In this document: one piece after another, positions 53,209 to 63,826 of the stretch
Position numbering within the stretch: the stretch's first letter is position 1
Layout: every line of letters starts with the position of its first letter
Source: Candidatus Spongiisociaceae bacterium
Lineage (GTDB): Bacteria > Actinomycetota > Acidimicrobiia > Spongiisociales > Spongiisociaceae
Length of the DNA stretch: 64,000 bases
Assembly (NCBI GenBank): GCA_965219685.1
Contig: CBDCOH010000002.1
Coordinates: forward strand, 384,001 to 448,000
Direction of reading: 5' to 3'
Translations under genes and position numbers: made by a program
The notes under the pieces: model-generated
Database searches by the model: none
The model's input: only the letters and a program-made list of their open reading frames with translations
Told to the model about the DNA's origin: nothing

Positions 53209-55092
53209 ATGCCGAAGGTGAAGCTCCCTCGCCTTACCACCCCGTACGTCAGGCGTAACGGCGAGTTGGCGCCGGCCGACTGGGACGAAGCGCTGACCGT
53301 CGCTGCGTCCCGGCTTGCGGCGCACGCCGGACGTTCCTACGGGATGTTCTCGTGTTCCAAGGCGACCAACGAGATGAACTTCCTCGCCCAGAAGTTCTCG
53401 CGGGTGGTGATGGGATCCAACAACATCGACTCCTGTAACCGCACCTGACACGCTCCCTCCGTCGCCGGTCTGGCGGCAGTCTTGGGAGTGGGAGGCGGGA
53501 CATCCTCCTACGAGGAGATCGAGACCACCGACGTGATCCTCCTGTGGGGATCCAACGCACGCGAGGCGCACCCGATCTTCTTCCACCACCTCATGAAGGG
53601 GGTACGCAACGGCGCCACCCTGTACACGGTCGATCCCCGCCGGACCACATCTGCCATGTGGGCGGATGTCTGGCTGGGCATCGACGTGGGATCCGACATA
53701 GCGCTTGCCAACACCCTCGGGCGGGAGATCATCGTATCCGGACTGCACAACCGGGCGTTCATCGACCATGCCACCTTCGGTTTCGACGATTATGCGGCAG
53801 CGGTCGAACCGTGGACCCTGGAGCGGGGCGCCGAGGTAACCGGCGTTCCGGCCGCGGTTCTCCGCCGCATGGCTCACGACTACGCAACCGCCGAGCAGGC
53901 GCAGATATGTTGGGCGCTGGGAATCACCGAGCACCACAACGCGACCGACAACGTCCTGGCGCTCATCAACCTGGCGCTGCTCACGGGTCACGTGGGCCGT
54001 TACGGTTCAGGCCTGGTGCCGATAAGAGGCCAGAACAACGTCCAGGGCGGCGGTGACATGGGCGCATTGCCCAACAAGCTGCCGGGCTTCCAGGATGTCG
54101 CCGACCCGGTCGCCAGAGGCAAGTTCGAGGCGCTCTGGGGCCGGTCCGTACCTGAACGGCCCGGCAAGCACATCTCGTTGATGCTCGAGGCCATGGAGAA
54201 CAGGGAGATCACCGCGTTGTACGTGATCGGCGAGAACCCGGCCCAGTCCGAGGCCCGGTCCGACCATGTGCGGGGGATCCTGTCGGGGCTCGAGTTCATG
54301 CTCGTCCAGGACATCTTCATGACGAGGACCGCCGAGTTGGCCGACGTGGTGCTCCCCGCCGCGGCCGGATGGGCGGAATCGGAGGGCACCGTGACCTCGT
54401 CCGAGAGGCGCGTCCAGCGGGTTCGTAAAGCGCTCAACCCCCCTGGATCCGCCCGGGACGATCTCGACATCATCTCGGCCCTCGCAGACCGGATGGGCCA
54501 CGGCTGGGGATTCCCGACCGCCGAGGAGTTGTGGGACGAGTTGAGAAGTCTCTCACCGTTGCACGCAGGCATGTCGTACCGGCGTTTGGAGGAGTCGGGC
54601 GGTCTTCAGTGGCCCTGTCCGGACGAGGATCATCCGGGGACGCTTTTCCTCCATGGTGGCCTCTGGGAGGACCCCATGCCCCGCGATCAGGTCCCGTTCA
54701 TACCCACCCCGTGGGTCCCACCGGTTGACGAGTTGACAGACGACTATCCGATCCGGCTCACGACGGGTCGCCGTCTCGACTCCTACAACACCGGGGTCCA
54801 ATCCGGCGGGTACGGCTCTCCCCTTCGCGCAAAGGTGGCCGTCGAGGTGGCCCCGGAAGACGGCGCGACCCTCGGGTTGTCGGAGGGTCAGTGGGTCAGC
54901 GTCACCTCACGGCGCGGATCGATTGACGTACCCGTGTACTTCCACCGCTCACTCCGGCCCGGCTTGGCCTTCATGGCCGTGCACGATCCCGACGAAGCCG
55001 ATGTGAACCTACTCACTGTCGATGTCTGGGATCCGAAGTCGGGTACGGCGGAGTTCAAGGCAACCGCGGTCCGCATCGAACCCGTGGTCTAG
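53209..55092 (+). CDS. fdhF: Selenocysteine-containing Mo/W-bisPGD formate dehydrogenase catalytic subunit (in-frame TGA at 53446-53448)
   Basis: ORFs 53209-53448 and 53482-55092 are in one frame: NNIDSCNRT-TGA-HAPSVAGL, aligning with FdhF CARVUHGPSVAGL; RGQNNVQG present; AGGAGG RBS only before 53209. Confidence 0.92.
53446..53480 (+). promoter_or_regulatory. Bacterial SECIS element
   Basis: TGA, 12 nt, then stem-loop GTCGCC-GGTCT-GGCGGC, resembling the fdhF SECIS apical GGUCU. Confidence 0.8.
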
Positions 55093-55183
55093 CTGGTGGT
55101 TGGTGGTCAGGGTTAGTGGGTCGTGTTACGTTCCCCGGTAGCGGTGCTCCGGTTCCCGAGTCACGTCCATGGTGGCTTTCACG
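55093..55183. repeat. Dispersed intergenic element, divergent inverted copy C
   Basis: Heptamer-like tract after the TAG, then GTAGCGGTG..GTCACG..GGCTTTCACG, which aligns by eye with the reverse complement of copy B. Confidence 0.5.
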
Positions 55184-55312
55184 TCCGGATGGACTCGGAG
55201 CCCGTGCCAAGCGCCCATGGGTAGCCCTGTTGTTTACCGATAGCAAGAGCATGATTGCCGGTCCGATCCGTCGGAACGACTCGTGTAGGAGGACCCCATC
55301 GACCTTCGTCTG

Positions 55313-57094
55313 ATGTCCGCGGCGCCTTCCCCCGCCGAAAGGGAGGCGGTGGATGGCCTGCTCGGACCTCCCAGTTCGTCGTGGGAGGGCGGCGCGGTCC
55401 GCGCCGGGGATCTCCGCGTTGCCTTCGGCGGCTACCGCCGGTCGGTCGAGAACCGCCACATGCTGCTACCGGCGTTACACGCCGTACAGGACCAGGTCGG
55501 GTGGATAAGCAAGGGCGCCCTCAACTACGTGTGCGAGCGCCTGGGCGTTCCCCCCGCCGAGGCGTACGGAGTGGCGGGCTTCTACGCCCTGCTGGCCCTC
55601 GAGGAGCGTCCTCCCAGGGTGGCCCATGTTTGCGATGACGTAGCCTGCGGCCCGGTCGGTGGCATGGCCATGCTCGACGCACTGGGGGACCGCCCGGACG
55701 TTCATGCGAGCCCCTGCCTGGGACAGTGTGATCGGGCGCCGGCGGTGTTCGTGCAACGGGCCGCAGAGGGGGATACCGTCCTCGTCGGGGCGACACCCGA
55801 CCAGGTCATGGAGGCTTTGGGAGGTGTTGCTCCGCGCCGGCCGGAGCTTGCGGTACCGCAGTCGGGGGATCCTTCCCTTCGCTTGCTCCGCCGGGTCGGT
55901 GTGGTCGACCCGACCTCCCTGGACGAATACCGAGCCACCGGCGGGTACCAAGCTCTGTGCAAGGCCCTGGAGCTTGGCACCGATGGCGTCATTGCCGAGA
56001 TAAGGAAGGCCAACCTGCGGGGCCGGGGGGGTGCCGCCTTCCCGATGGGCATCAAGTGGGACGGGGTGGCCCGCTCCCCCGTGACTCCCCGCTACCTGAT
56101 CTGCAACGCGGACGAGTCCGAGCCGGGAACCTTCAAGGATCGGGTGCTGATGGAAGGTGATCCTTTCGCACTGATCGAGTCGATGACTATTGCTGGCTTG
56201 ACCATCGGTGCAGAGCTCGGCTACCTGTACATCCGTGCCGAATACCCATTGGCCATGGCCCGTCTCGAAGGGGCGGTCGCCGCGGCGCGTGCTGCGGGAC
56301 TGCTGGGTGAGGACGTGGCCGGCTCGGGCCGGTCGTTCGACATCGAGATCCGCCGCGGCGGTGGCGCGTACATCTGCGGCGAGGAAACCGCCCTCATGAA
56401 CTCGATCGAGGGCAAGCGGGGGGAGCCTCGCAACAAGCCGCCCTTCCCCACCCAGGTTGGCCTCTTCGGGCGCCCGACGGTGATCAACAACGTGGAGACG
56501 CTGGTCAACGTGCTCGACATCGTGCTCGAAGGGGGCGATGCCTTCGCACGGATCGGGACCGGGGAGTCGACCGGACCGAAGCTGTTCTGCCTGGCGGGAG
56601 CCGTGGCGCGGCCCGGCGTCTACGAGGTGGACTTCGGAGAGACGCTGGGCCGTCTGATCGATCTGGCCGGAGGGATCACCGGGACCGGAGCGCTCGGGGC
56701 GGTGATGCTGGGAGGGGCGGCCGGGGTCTTCGTGGGGGAGGAGCACTTCGACATGCCGCTTACCTTCGAGGACTCCCGGGCCCGCAACGCCACCCTCGGT
56801 TCCGGCGTCATCCTTGTCTTCGACGACGCCACCGACTTCCGCTCGGTCGCCCGACGGATCGCCCGGTTCTTCCGGGACGAGTCGTGCGGCCAGTGCGTGC
56901 CGTGCCGGGTCGGCACCGTTCGCCAGGAGGAGTTACTGGCCCGGCACCTGGCAGGTGGGCCGTTCGAGGAGCAACTGTTCGATGACGTAGCCCGGGTGAT
57001 GATGGACGCTTCCATATGCGGGCTCGGGCATACCGCGTCCACCGCCATCCGGTCGGCGGTCGACTTGGGCCTGCTCGGGGGGAACTGTGGCTGA
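55313..57094 (+). CDS. Fused NuoE/NuoF-like diaphorase subunit of an NAD-dependent formate dehydrogenase
   Basis: VCDDVAC..CLGQC (2Fe-2S), GRGGAAFP, CNADESEPGTFKDR, AYICGEETAL, ESCGQCVPCRVG..SICGLG. Confidence 0.92.
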   Translation: MSAAPSPAEREAVDGLLGPPSSSWEGGAVRAGDLRVAFGGYRRSVENRHMLLPALHAVQDQVGWISKGALNYVCERLGVPPAEAYGVAGFYALLALEERPPRVAHVCDDVACGPVGGMAMLDALGDRPDVHASPCLGQCDRAPAVFVQRAAEGDTVLVGATPDQVMEALGGVAPRRPELAVPQSGDPSLRLLRRVGVVDPTSLDEYRATGGYQALCKALELGTDGVIAEIRKANLRGRGGAAFPMGIKWDGVARSPVTPRYLICNADESEPGTFKDRVLMEGDPFALIESMTIAGLTIGAELGYLYIRAEYPLAMARLEGAVAAARAAGLLGEDVAGSGRSFDIEIRRGGGAYICGEETALMNSIEGKRGEPRNKPPFPTQVGLFGRPTVINNVETLVNVLDIVLEGGDAFARIGTGESTGPKLFCLAGAVARPGVYEVDFGETLGRLIDLAGGITGTGALGAVMLGGAAGVFVGEEHFDMPLTFEDSRARNATLGSGVILVFDDATDFRSVARRIARFFRDESCGQCVPCRVGTVRQEELLARHLAGGPFEEQLFDDVARVMMDASICGLGHTASTAIRSAVDLGLLGGNCG

Positions 57095-58067
57095 GATCAC
57101 GCTTACCATCGACGGATCGCCGGTCTCGGTGAGCGCTGGATCCACCATCCTCGATGCCTGCCGCGCCATGGGCAGCGACCAGCCCACCCTGTGCTACCTC
57201 GACAACCTCACGCCGGTCAACGTATGCCGCGTGTGCGTGGTGGAGGTGGAGGGGAGCCGTATCCTCGTCCCGTCCTGCAGCCGGGTGGCCGAGCAGGGAA
57301 TGGTCGTGTCCACGAACACCGAGCGGGTGCGCCATTCCCGGAGAATGGTCTACGAGTTCCTCGCCTCCTCGGTAGACCTCGGTCTGGTGGACGATCCGAC
57401 CGTCAGGTGGATGGCCGAATACGGGTGCGATCCGGATCGCTACGGGTCTCCGGCGGAGCCGGTGGAGGATCGCGACCAACGGGTGGCCGGTCATCATCAC
57501 GTCGGCGACGGGACCGAAGCCGAGACCGTTCACCAGCCGGTCAAGGTGGACAACGAACTGTACGTGCGGGACTACTCCCGGTGCATCCTCTGTTACAAGT
57601 GCGTCGAGGCCTGTGGTGAGGACGCCCAGAACACCTTCGCAATAGCGGTGGCGGGCCGCGGCTTCGATGCCCGGATCTCAACCGAGTACGACACCGGGCT
57701 GACCGAGTCGGCCTGCGTATTCTGTGGCAACTGCATCGGTGTCTGCCCCACCGGCGCATTGATGTTCCGAAGCGAATTCGAACTGCGCCGAGCCGGTCTC
57801 TGGAAGGAGGACCGCCAAGCCGTCACCCGCACGGTCTGCTCGTACTGCGGGGTCGGGTGCAACCTGGAGTTGCACGTCCAGGACAACCGGATCGTGAAGG
57901 TGACCTCGCCGATCGACCACTCGGTGACATCCGGGCACCTGTGCATCAAGGGCCGTTTCGGCTACGAGTACGTCCAGGAACTGGGTGACCTCTCCCTCAC
58001 TCCCATCGACGACGTCCTGAGGAGGGCGCGGGTCGCCGACTCGGGAGAGTCGGGACGCGAGAGCTGA
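57087..58067 (+). CDS. Iron-sulfur subunit (NuoG/FdsA N-terminal-like: 2Fe-2S, 2x4Fe-4S, plus the molybdopterin-enzyme Fe4S4 domain)
   Basis: PTLC..VCRVC..SC, CILCYKCVEAC, CVFCGNCIGVCP, CSYCGVGC..LCIKGRFGY. Confidence 0.92.
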   Translation: MAEITLTIDGSPVSVSAGSTILDACRAMGSDQPTLCYLDNLTPVNVCRVCVVEVEGSRILVPSCSRVAEQGMVVSTNTERVRHSRRMVYEFLASSVDLGLVDDPTVRWMAEYGCDPDRYGSPAEPVEDRDQRVAGHHHVGDGTEAETVHQPVKVDNELYVRDYSRCILCYKCVEACGEDAQNTFAIAVAGRGFDARISTEYDTGLTESACVFCGNCIGVCPTGALMFRSEFELRRAGLWKEDRQAVTRTVCSYCGVGCNLELHVQDNRIVKVTSPIDHSVTSGHLCIKGRFGYEYVQELGDLSLTPIDDVLRRARVADSGESGRES

Positions 58068-58166
58068 TGAGAGTGCTCCGTCCACCAAGCCCCGGCTCAG
58101 GCATCTCTGCCGCTGCCCGCAGCCAGTGCGGGTCTTGATACTCACCCACCCGATTCCATCCCACTG

Positions 58167-59452
58167 ATGCTCCGTTCGGGGCAATCCCCCTCCGGGTCGG
58201 CGGCCGATCAGTCCATCCCGTCTGCAGCCGCCGCGGCGTTGTTCGGAATTGTCATCTGGTCACGCACGGTATGGGCAACAGCCTCGTCCCAGCCCTCCTA
58301 CCGCGGATCTCGGAGTCCTTCCAGGCGGGATACGGAGTTCTCGGGCTGACCGTCGCCACGGGTCTCCTCTCCTACGGGGCGGGGGCGGTGCTCGGGATCA
58401 GGGTCGTAGACCGAGTCCCTTCACGGGGTTTGCTCGTGCTGTGCCTGCTGGTGTGCGGCGCCGGGCTGCTGGCCGTCTCGGTGTCCGGATCACCGGGGAT
58501 GATGGCTCTGTGCGCGGTGGTCATCGGCTTGTCCTCGCCCATCAGTTGGTCGGTTTCCGTCTACCTGATCAGCCGGGTGGTCCGATCAGCCGCACACGGC
58601 AGGGTCCTGGCGGTCGCCGCGGCCGGCGCCGGGGTGGGCAACGGTGTGAACGGTGTCTTCGTTCATCTGCTGACCGCGCCGGAACAGTGGAGGTGGGCCT
58701 TCGTGATCGCGGGAGGCTTGGCGGTCGGCGCCGCTCTCGCGACCCGGCTGGTCCTCAGGCGTCCCATCGAGCCGCCTTCGAGGGGGGTCGATGCCGGCCG
58801 GGAGCGTGGGATCTGGCGCCGGATCTGGTCGGCGCCCGCCGGTCGGCTCGTGCTCGGGATGAGCATGGTGGCCGGCATCGGGACGTTCACGTTCGGCGGC
58901 TACATCTCCGAGATTGCACTCGACGAGCTGTCGGTGAGTTCGGTGGCGGCTGCCGTCCCGTGGTGGCTGGCCTCGACTGTAGGAGTGTCGGCAGCCTTTC
59001 TGGCCGGTCTGAAGAGCGACCGGGGCTCGCCGGTCGGCGTCATGTCGGTCACGTCCCTTACCTACGCGTCCGCACTGACGGTACTGGCGCTCACGTGGTC
59101 CTACCCGGCTCTCCTGATAGCGACCTTCGGGTTCGCCGTGTTCAACTTCCCGATCTGGGGGCTGTTCGGGCTGGTCGCCCACCGGGGTCTCCCACCGGAC
59201 CTGGCGGTCCGGTCAGTGTCGGGAGGTCTCGCCCTAGGCGCCTGTTCGGCGATGTGCGGTGTAACCGCGGCCGGATGGTGGATCGACCGGACCGGTAGCT
59301 TTCGCGGGCCTGCGATCCTCCTAGCAGTGATGATCGCGACTGTCGCGCTTGGGCTGGGTTCCAAGTACCGAACCGAATCGACGTCCCACCCGCGAGGTCC
59401 TGCGAGAAACGGCGACAAACCTGTTCACATTATCGATGGCGATACCCGTTAA
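58167..59452 (+). CDS. MFS transporter (YbfB/YjiJ-like), probably frameshifted near 58256
   Basis: Main ORF 58271-59452 is strongly hydrophobic; most of TM1 (AAAAALFGIVI) lies in the frame starting at 58167. Confidence 0.72.
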
Positions 59453-59484
59453 CAGCTATTGACTATCGACTAAGTACTAGTTTA
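59449..59484. repeat. Degenerate heptamer tract between convergent stop codons
   Basis: TAACAGC-TATTGAC-TATCGAC-TAAGTAC-TAG. Confidence 0.65.
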
Positions 59485-59943
59485 ATCGCGCTGCTTCTCG
59501 AGGGTTACAACCAGTCTCCGCACGGTTTCCCGCAGGGTATCGTGCTCTTTGGAGTCCAGATGTCTTGTGATCCTCTCGTCTGCCTCGATGGCCGCGTTCA
59601 GGAGCTTCTCCCTGAGAACGCGTGCCTCATCCGTTAGGCTCAGCCGCACGACTCGACGGTCCTTGTCGCTGCGCTGCCTTTGCAGCAGCCCCTTGGAGTG
59701 CAGTTTGTCCACGTGGCGGCTTATGACGGAGGCGTCGTAGTGGGTGAGTTTTGCGATGGCCCTGGCAGTGTTTGCTTCTCCCCGGGCGCACGTATCGAGG
59801 ATGATGAACTGCGCCTCGCTGATCCCGAACGGTTGGAGCGACTGCTTCAGACTTCTGAGAATCGCCGCTTCCAGGAGGATGATCCAATACGAGACCACCC
59901 TCGGGCGACGCATCACTCCCTGTTCCGGTTTCTGTTCCGGCAT
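59482..59943 (-). CDS. MarR family transcriptional regulator
   Basis: GISEAQFIIL, DASVISRHVDKL..KGLLQR..DRRVVRLSLT. Confidence 0.92.
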   Translation of the reverse strand: MPEQKPEQGVMRRPRVVSYWIILLEAAILRSLKQSLQPFGISEAQFIILDTCARGEANTARAIAKLTHYDASVISRHVDKLHSKGLLQRQRSDKDRRVVRLSLTDEARVLREKLLNAAIEADERITRHLDSKEHDTLRETVRRLVVTLEKQRD

Positions 59944-60213
59944 CTCCGCTCAACGTTCTTCGGGCGGCAATCTTGGGTCAGAGATACATGCAAATGCATT
60001 TTCTATCTTAGACTTAGAATAGTTGGTCGGAGGGTCCCGATCAACCACTGGTGGGGTGCGGCGCTTACCGTACCGCCAATCCTGTTGACGCGCAGATATC
60101 TGTTATCTGCTGAAAGGACGCTGGGTACGAGGGAACGTGTGCCCATCTGTGGAGGACCTCCAGGCCGCTTACCTGCGCCGTCGGTCCGTAGTGCGCCGGA
60201 TGACCAACCGACC

Positions 60214-61317
60214 CTACTCGTACACCGCCACTGGATCCGCGAGAAACTCCGGGTCGGGCTCGGCGCCTAGGCCGGGTGTCGCGGGAGCGCTGGTCGTGCC
60301 GCCGTGGTTGCGGGCTCCTCCGATGATCGGGTCCACGGTGATCATCTCGTGGCAGAACCAGGTTCCCCGCCGGTACCGAGCCGGCGTGGATTGGGCGAGG
60401 TGGACCGCGCCCGTGTCGGCCAGGGCGGTGCCGCCGGTGTCCTCGATGTTCAGTATCAGACCTGTTTGAACGCAGAAGTCGCGTATCCGCCTGGCCTTGG
60501 TCAAGCCGCCCACCCGGTTCGGCTTAAGGCCGATCCCCTCGCAGGCGCGATCCCGGTGCGCCCGCAACAGGTCGCCGTAGGTGTGGGTGATCTCGTCGAG
60601 GATGATGGGTTGGCGGGTGGCGCGCCGGACCTGTAGGGACTCCTCGTAGGTATCGCAGGGCTCCTCGAAGTAGGCGTCGACCGCCTCCGTCGCACGCATC
60701 ACCCGGATCGCCCGGTCGGGTGTCCAGGCACGGTTGGCATCGATGGTCAGGAAACATCCTGGCGGCATCCGGTCCGCCAGGTACTCGATACGCTCGATGT
60801 CCGACGCGACGTCCGATCCGACCTTGGCCGAATGGATCGTGTAGCCCATGGCGTGGTACCGCTCGATGGTTCGCAACATCTCCGGAGGGTCGTCGCTGGG
60901 GACGGAGGACTGGATGGTCACCCCGCCGGGTCTTCGGCCCCCGAGCAGATCGCAGACAGGCAGTCCGGTGGCCTTCCCGAGGATGTCCCAGCAGGCAATG
61001 TCGACCGCCGACTTCACGTAGGGATGTCCCGGCAGAGCGATGTCCATCGCTGAGCTGACCACCTCGGTGCGGCGCGGATCCTGCCCGAGCAGGACAGGCG
61101 CCAGTTCCTCGATGCCGGCGCGTATCCCCCTGGCAAAGGCGGGCAGGTATGTCGATCCCCACGGGCATCCTTCACCCCATCCGGTGACTCCCTCGTCCGT
61201 GTCGAGCCGGACGAGAGTCGAGTCGAGTTCTTCGAAACGGAGCCGGCCGCTCTGCAGTTCGTAGGGCCGTTGCAGGGGTAGCGTCTGCTCGAAGACAGAG
61301 ATCCGGACGATCCTCAC
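60214..61317 (-). CDS. Mandelate racemase/MLE-family enolase-superfamily protein (related to proline-betaine epimerases / hydroxyproline dehydratases)
   Basis: GWGEGCPWGSTYLPA, KSAVDIACWD, DANR, EEPC, LDE, IEDT; GTG start overlaps the upstream TGA. Confidence 0.85.
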   Translation of the reverse strand: MRIVRISVFEQTLPLQRPYELQSGRLRFEELDSTLVRLDTDEGVTGWGEGCPWGSTYLPAFARGIRAGIEELAPVLLGQDPRRTEVVSSAMDIALPGHPYVKSAVDIACWDILGKATGLPVCDLLGGRRPGGVTIQSSVPSDDPPEMLRTIERYHAMGYTIHSAKVGSDVASDIERIEYLADRMPPGCFLTIDANRAWTPDRAIRVMRATEAVDAYFEEPCDTYEESLQVRRATRQPIILDEITHTYGDLLRAHRDRACEGIGLKPNRVGGLTKARRIRDFCVQTGLILNIEDTGGTALADTGAVHLAQSTPARYRRGTWFCHEMITVDPIIGGARNHGGTTSAPATPGLGAEPDPEFLADPVAVYE

Positions 61318-62492
61318 GGTATTCCCCGGCTTGCCGGGGTTCCGTCCTGTCCGTCTCCTGCCGCATCCATCCGTGGCCCGTTCGCCGAGCCGGCTTGATC
61401 CGGGGGCTTGACCTCGATCACGATGGCGCCCACGTGTTGCTTGCGGAGGAAGGTGGCTTGCGCCGATCGGAGCCGGTCCAGCGGGTACGTGCGGGCTACC
61501 ACGGGACGGACCTCGCCTCGCTCGATGTAGCCGACCAGGTTGGCGAAGACCCTGGGTGGCAGCACTGTGCAACCGTGCATCGTGATGTCCCTGAGGTAGA
61601 GGGTGCGGAGGTCCAGGTCGACCATCGGGCCACCGATCGCGCCCGCCACCGTGTAATGGCCGCCCCGACGGATGGTGTCGAACAGGGCCGGGAACTGAGG
61701 ACCTCCCACCACGTCGGCGAGGATGTCGATCCCACCCCGGCTGCGCTCGAGTATCTCGCTCGCCAGAGATGGGGATCCTCTGTCGAGCACATGATCCGCG
61801 CCCGTCAACGCCAAGACATCCGCTGCCTTGGAGGGCGATGAGACCCCGATGGTCGTCGCCCCACGCCGGCGGGCCAACTGGATCAGGGCGCTTCCCACCC
61901 CGCCCGAGGCACCGGTGACCAGCACACAATCCCCTTCCTTCGCTCCGGCTCGTTCCAGCATGTGCTCGGCGGTTGAGTACGAGCACGGGAATCCGGCCAA
62001 CTCGACATCGGTCAAGCTGCTACGTACCGGGTGGGCGTTGGCAGCGGGCACGGTCACGTAAGCGGCGTAGCCCCCGTCGCGCTCTGAACCGAGATATCCC
62101 GCTCCGGCCAGGTCGCCGTGCGGATCGCGCATCCACGCATCGATCATCACTCGCTCACCGAGCCGCCCACGATCCACCGATGCTCCCACCTCCACAATCC
62201 GCCCGACCGGATCCGCGCCCTGGATGCGCGGGAACGCGACGGCTCCGGTCCACGAGCCGTCCGTGTCCGTGGTTGCCGTCTCCTGCCCGGTGGTGTTCAC
62301 CGACTTCGAATACCACCCGGTCCTGGTGTTGATGTCCGTGTTGTTCATCCCGCACGCACCCACCTCCACCAGCACTTCGTCCGGCTCCGGGTTCGGGATC
62401 GGAGCGTCGGTGACGTACTCCAGTTGGTCCAGACCCCCATGGCCTCTCAGAACGACCGCCCTCATCCGACCGGCGTGTCGTCTGAAGGTCAT
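61314..62492 (-). CDS. Zinc-binding alcohol dehydrogenase (MDR) family protein
   Basis: ACGMNNTDINTR, FPRIQGAD, GSERDGGYA, VTGASGGVG. Confidence 0.88.
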   Translation of the reverse strand: MTFRRHAGRMRAVVLRGHGGLDQLEYVTDAPIPNPEPDEVLVEVGACGMNNTDINTRTGWYSKSVNTTGQETATTDTDGSWTGAVAFPRIQGADPVGRIVEVGASVDRGRLGERVMIDAWMRDPHGDLAGAGYLGSERDGGYAAYVTVPAANAHPVRSSLTDVELAGFPCSYSTAEHMLERAGAKEGDCVLVTGASGGVGSALIQLARRRGATTIGVSSPSKAADVLALTGADHVLDRGSPSLASEILERSRGGIDILADVVGGPQFPALFDTIRRGGHYTVAGAIGGPMVDLDLRTLYLRDITMHGCTVLPPRVFANLVGYIERGEVRPVVARTYPLDRLRSAQATFLRKQHVGAIVIEVKPPDQAGSANGPRMDAAGDGQDGTPASRGIP

Positions 62493-63826
62493 CCGCCCTC
62501 CCCCTCACCCGGCCCGGACGCCCTGCCCCGGTTTCCGCTCAGCCGGCGGTAGGCGCGGTCGAGAGCCCGGGCGGTGGTCTCGAAGTGATCGTCCGAATGG
62601 GCCAGGCTCACGAAGCGCCTCAGCCCGGGGATGACGTTGATCCGGTTGGCGATCAACGCCCTGTCGAGTTCGAGGTTGGCGGGCTGGTCGGATTCCAGGA
62701 GATCGGCGTAGCGCTCCGGAGGTCGATCGATGTGGAGGATCTGCCACAGGGAACCGGCCGTCGCCACGAGGGCATTGCGACCATTGGCGGCTAGTACGCG
62801 AGCCAGCCGGCTGGCCAGACGCTGCGTCCGGTCGGCCAGATCTTCGTAGAAGCCCGGTCGGCGGAGTTGTTCCAGGGTGGCCAGCCCGGCGGCCGCGGCC
62901 AGTGGGTTGCCGTGGAAGGTCCCCGAGGTGTACACGAAACGAGGGGTTCCCTTCAAACGGGGGCTGGTCCGGTCGATCAGATCGGCCCGGCCGGCAACGC
63001 ATGACAGCGAGCCTCCTCCCCCGATGATCTTGCCGAAGGCGGCGAGATCCGGAGTAACGCCGAAGTAGCCCTGGGCGCCCTGGAAGGACATCCGGAAGCC
63101 GGTCACCACCTCGTCGAATATCAGCAGCAATCCGTGCCGGTCACAGAAGCTGCGGAGACCTTCGAGGAATCCGGGTAGCGGCCGGATGATCCGTTGCACA
63201 GGCTCGGCGATGATCCCTGCTACCCGGTCCACCACCGGTGTCACCAGCCGTTCCAGGGCCTCCAGGTCGTTGTAGGGGACGACCAGCACGGTGTCCCGCA
63301 CGGCTCCGGGGGTGCCGGCGGTGAAGGGGCGGCCGGCCGGATAGTCGGCTGTGGTCGGGGCGGCGACCGCGATCCCCGCGTAGTCATGGTTGCCGTGGAA
63401 GCCCCCCTCGAACTTCACGATCAGGTCGCGGCCGGTGACCGCTCGTGCCAGACGCAGCGAGTACGCGGTGGCCTCCGAACCCGTGGTGGCGAAGACTATG
63501 CGCTCTGCGCACGGGATTGCGTCGACCAGTTGAGATGCCAGTTCGATGGCCACGTCGGTGAGGGTCCCGTACTGGTGCATGGTGCGTCCTGCCTGCCTGA
63601 CGACGGCCTCCACCACCGCCGGATGCTGGTGCCCCAGGATGAGTGCCCCCGCACCGGTGACGTAGTCCAGGTAGCGGTTGCCGTCGGTGTCGGTTATGTA
63701 GGCGCCCGAAGCGGAGGCTACGGTGAAACGGGGGCCTGCCACATTGGCGTTGGCGCCCAGTGCTCCGCCGGGAAGGAACGACTCCGCTCGAGCGGGGTCG
63801 GTCGCAGATGGGAGCCGCGCGCTCAT
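62489..63826 (-). CDS. Class III aminotransferase (glutamate-1-semialdehyde aminomutase-like)
   Basis: GSEAT, FEGGFHG, LIFDEVVTGFR, FGKIIGGG, SGTFHGNP; ATG 63826 overlaps the upstream stop. Confidence 0.88.
   Translation of the reverse strand: MSARLPSATDPARAESFLPGGALGANANVAGPRFTVASASGAYITDTDGNRYLDYVTGAGALILGHQHPAVVEAVVRQAGRTMHQYGTLTDVAIELASQLVDAIPCAERIVFATTGSEATAYSLRLARAVTGRDLIVKFEGGFHGNHDYAGIAVAAPTTADYPAGRPFTAGTPGAVRDTVLVVPYNDLEALERLVTPVVDRVAGIIAEPVQRIIRPLPGFLEGLRSFCDRHGLLLIFDEVVTGFRMSFQGAQGYFGVTPDLAAFGKIIGGGGSLSCVAGRADLIDRTSPRLKGTPRFVYTSGTFHGNPLAAAAGLATLEQLRRPGFYEDLADRTQRLASRLARVLAANGRNALVATAGSLWQILHIDRPPERYADLLESDQPANLELDRALIANRINVIPGLRRFVSLAHSDDHFETTARALDRAYRRLSGNRGRASGPGEGEGG

Noticed and set aside
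58062-58166. Hammerhead ribozyme suggested by CTGATGAG
   Set aside because: It coincides with the stop codon and there is no downstream GAAA core or matching stems.
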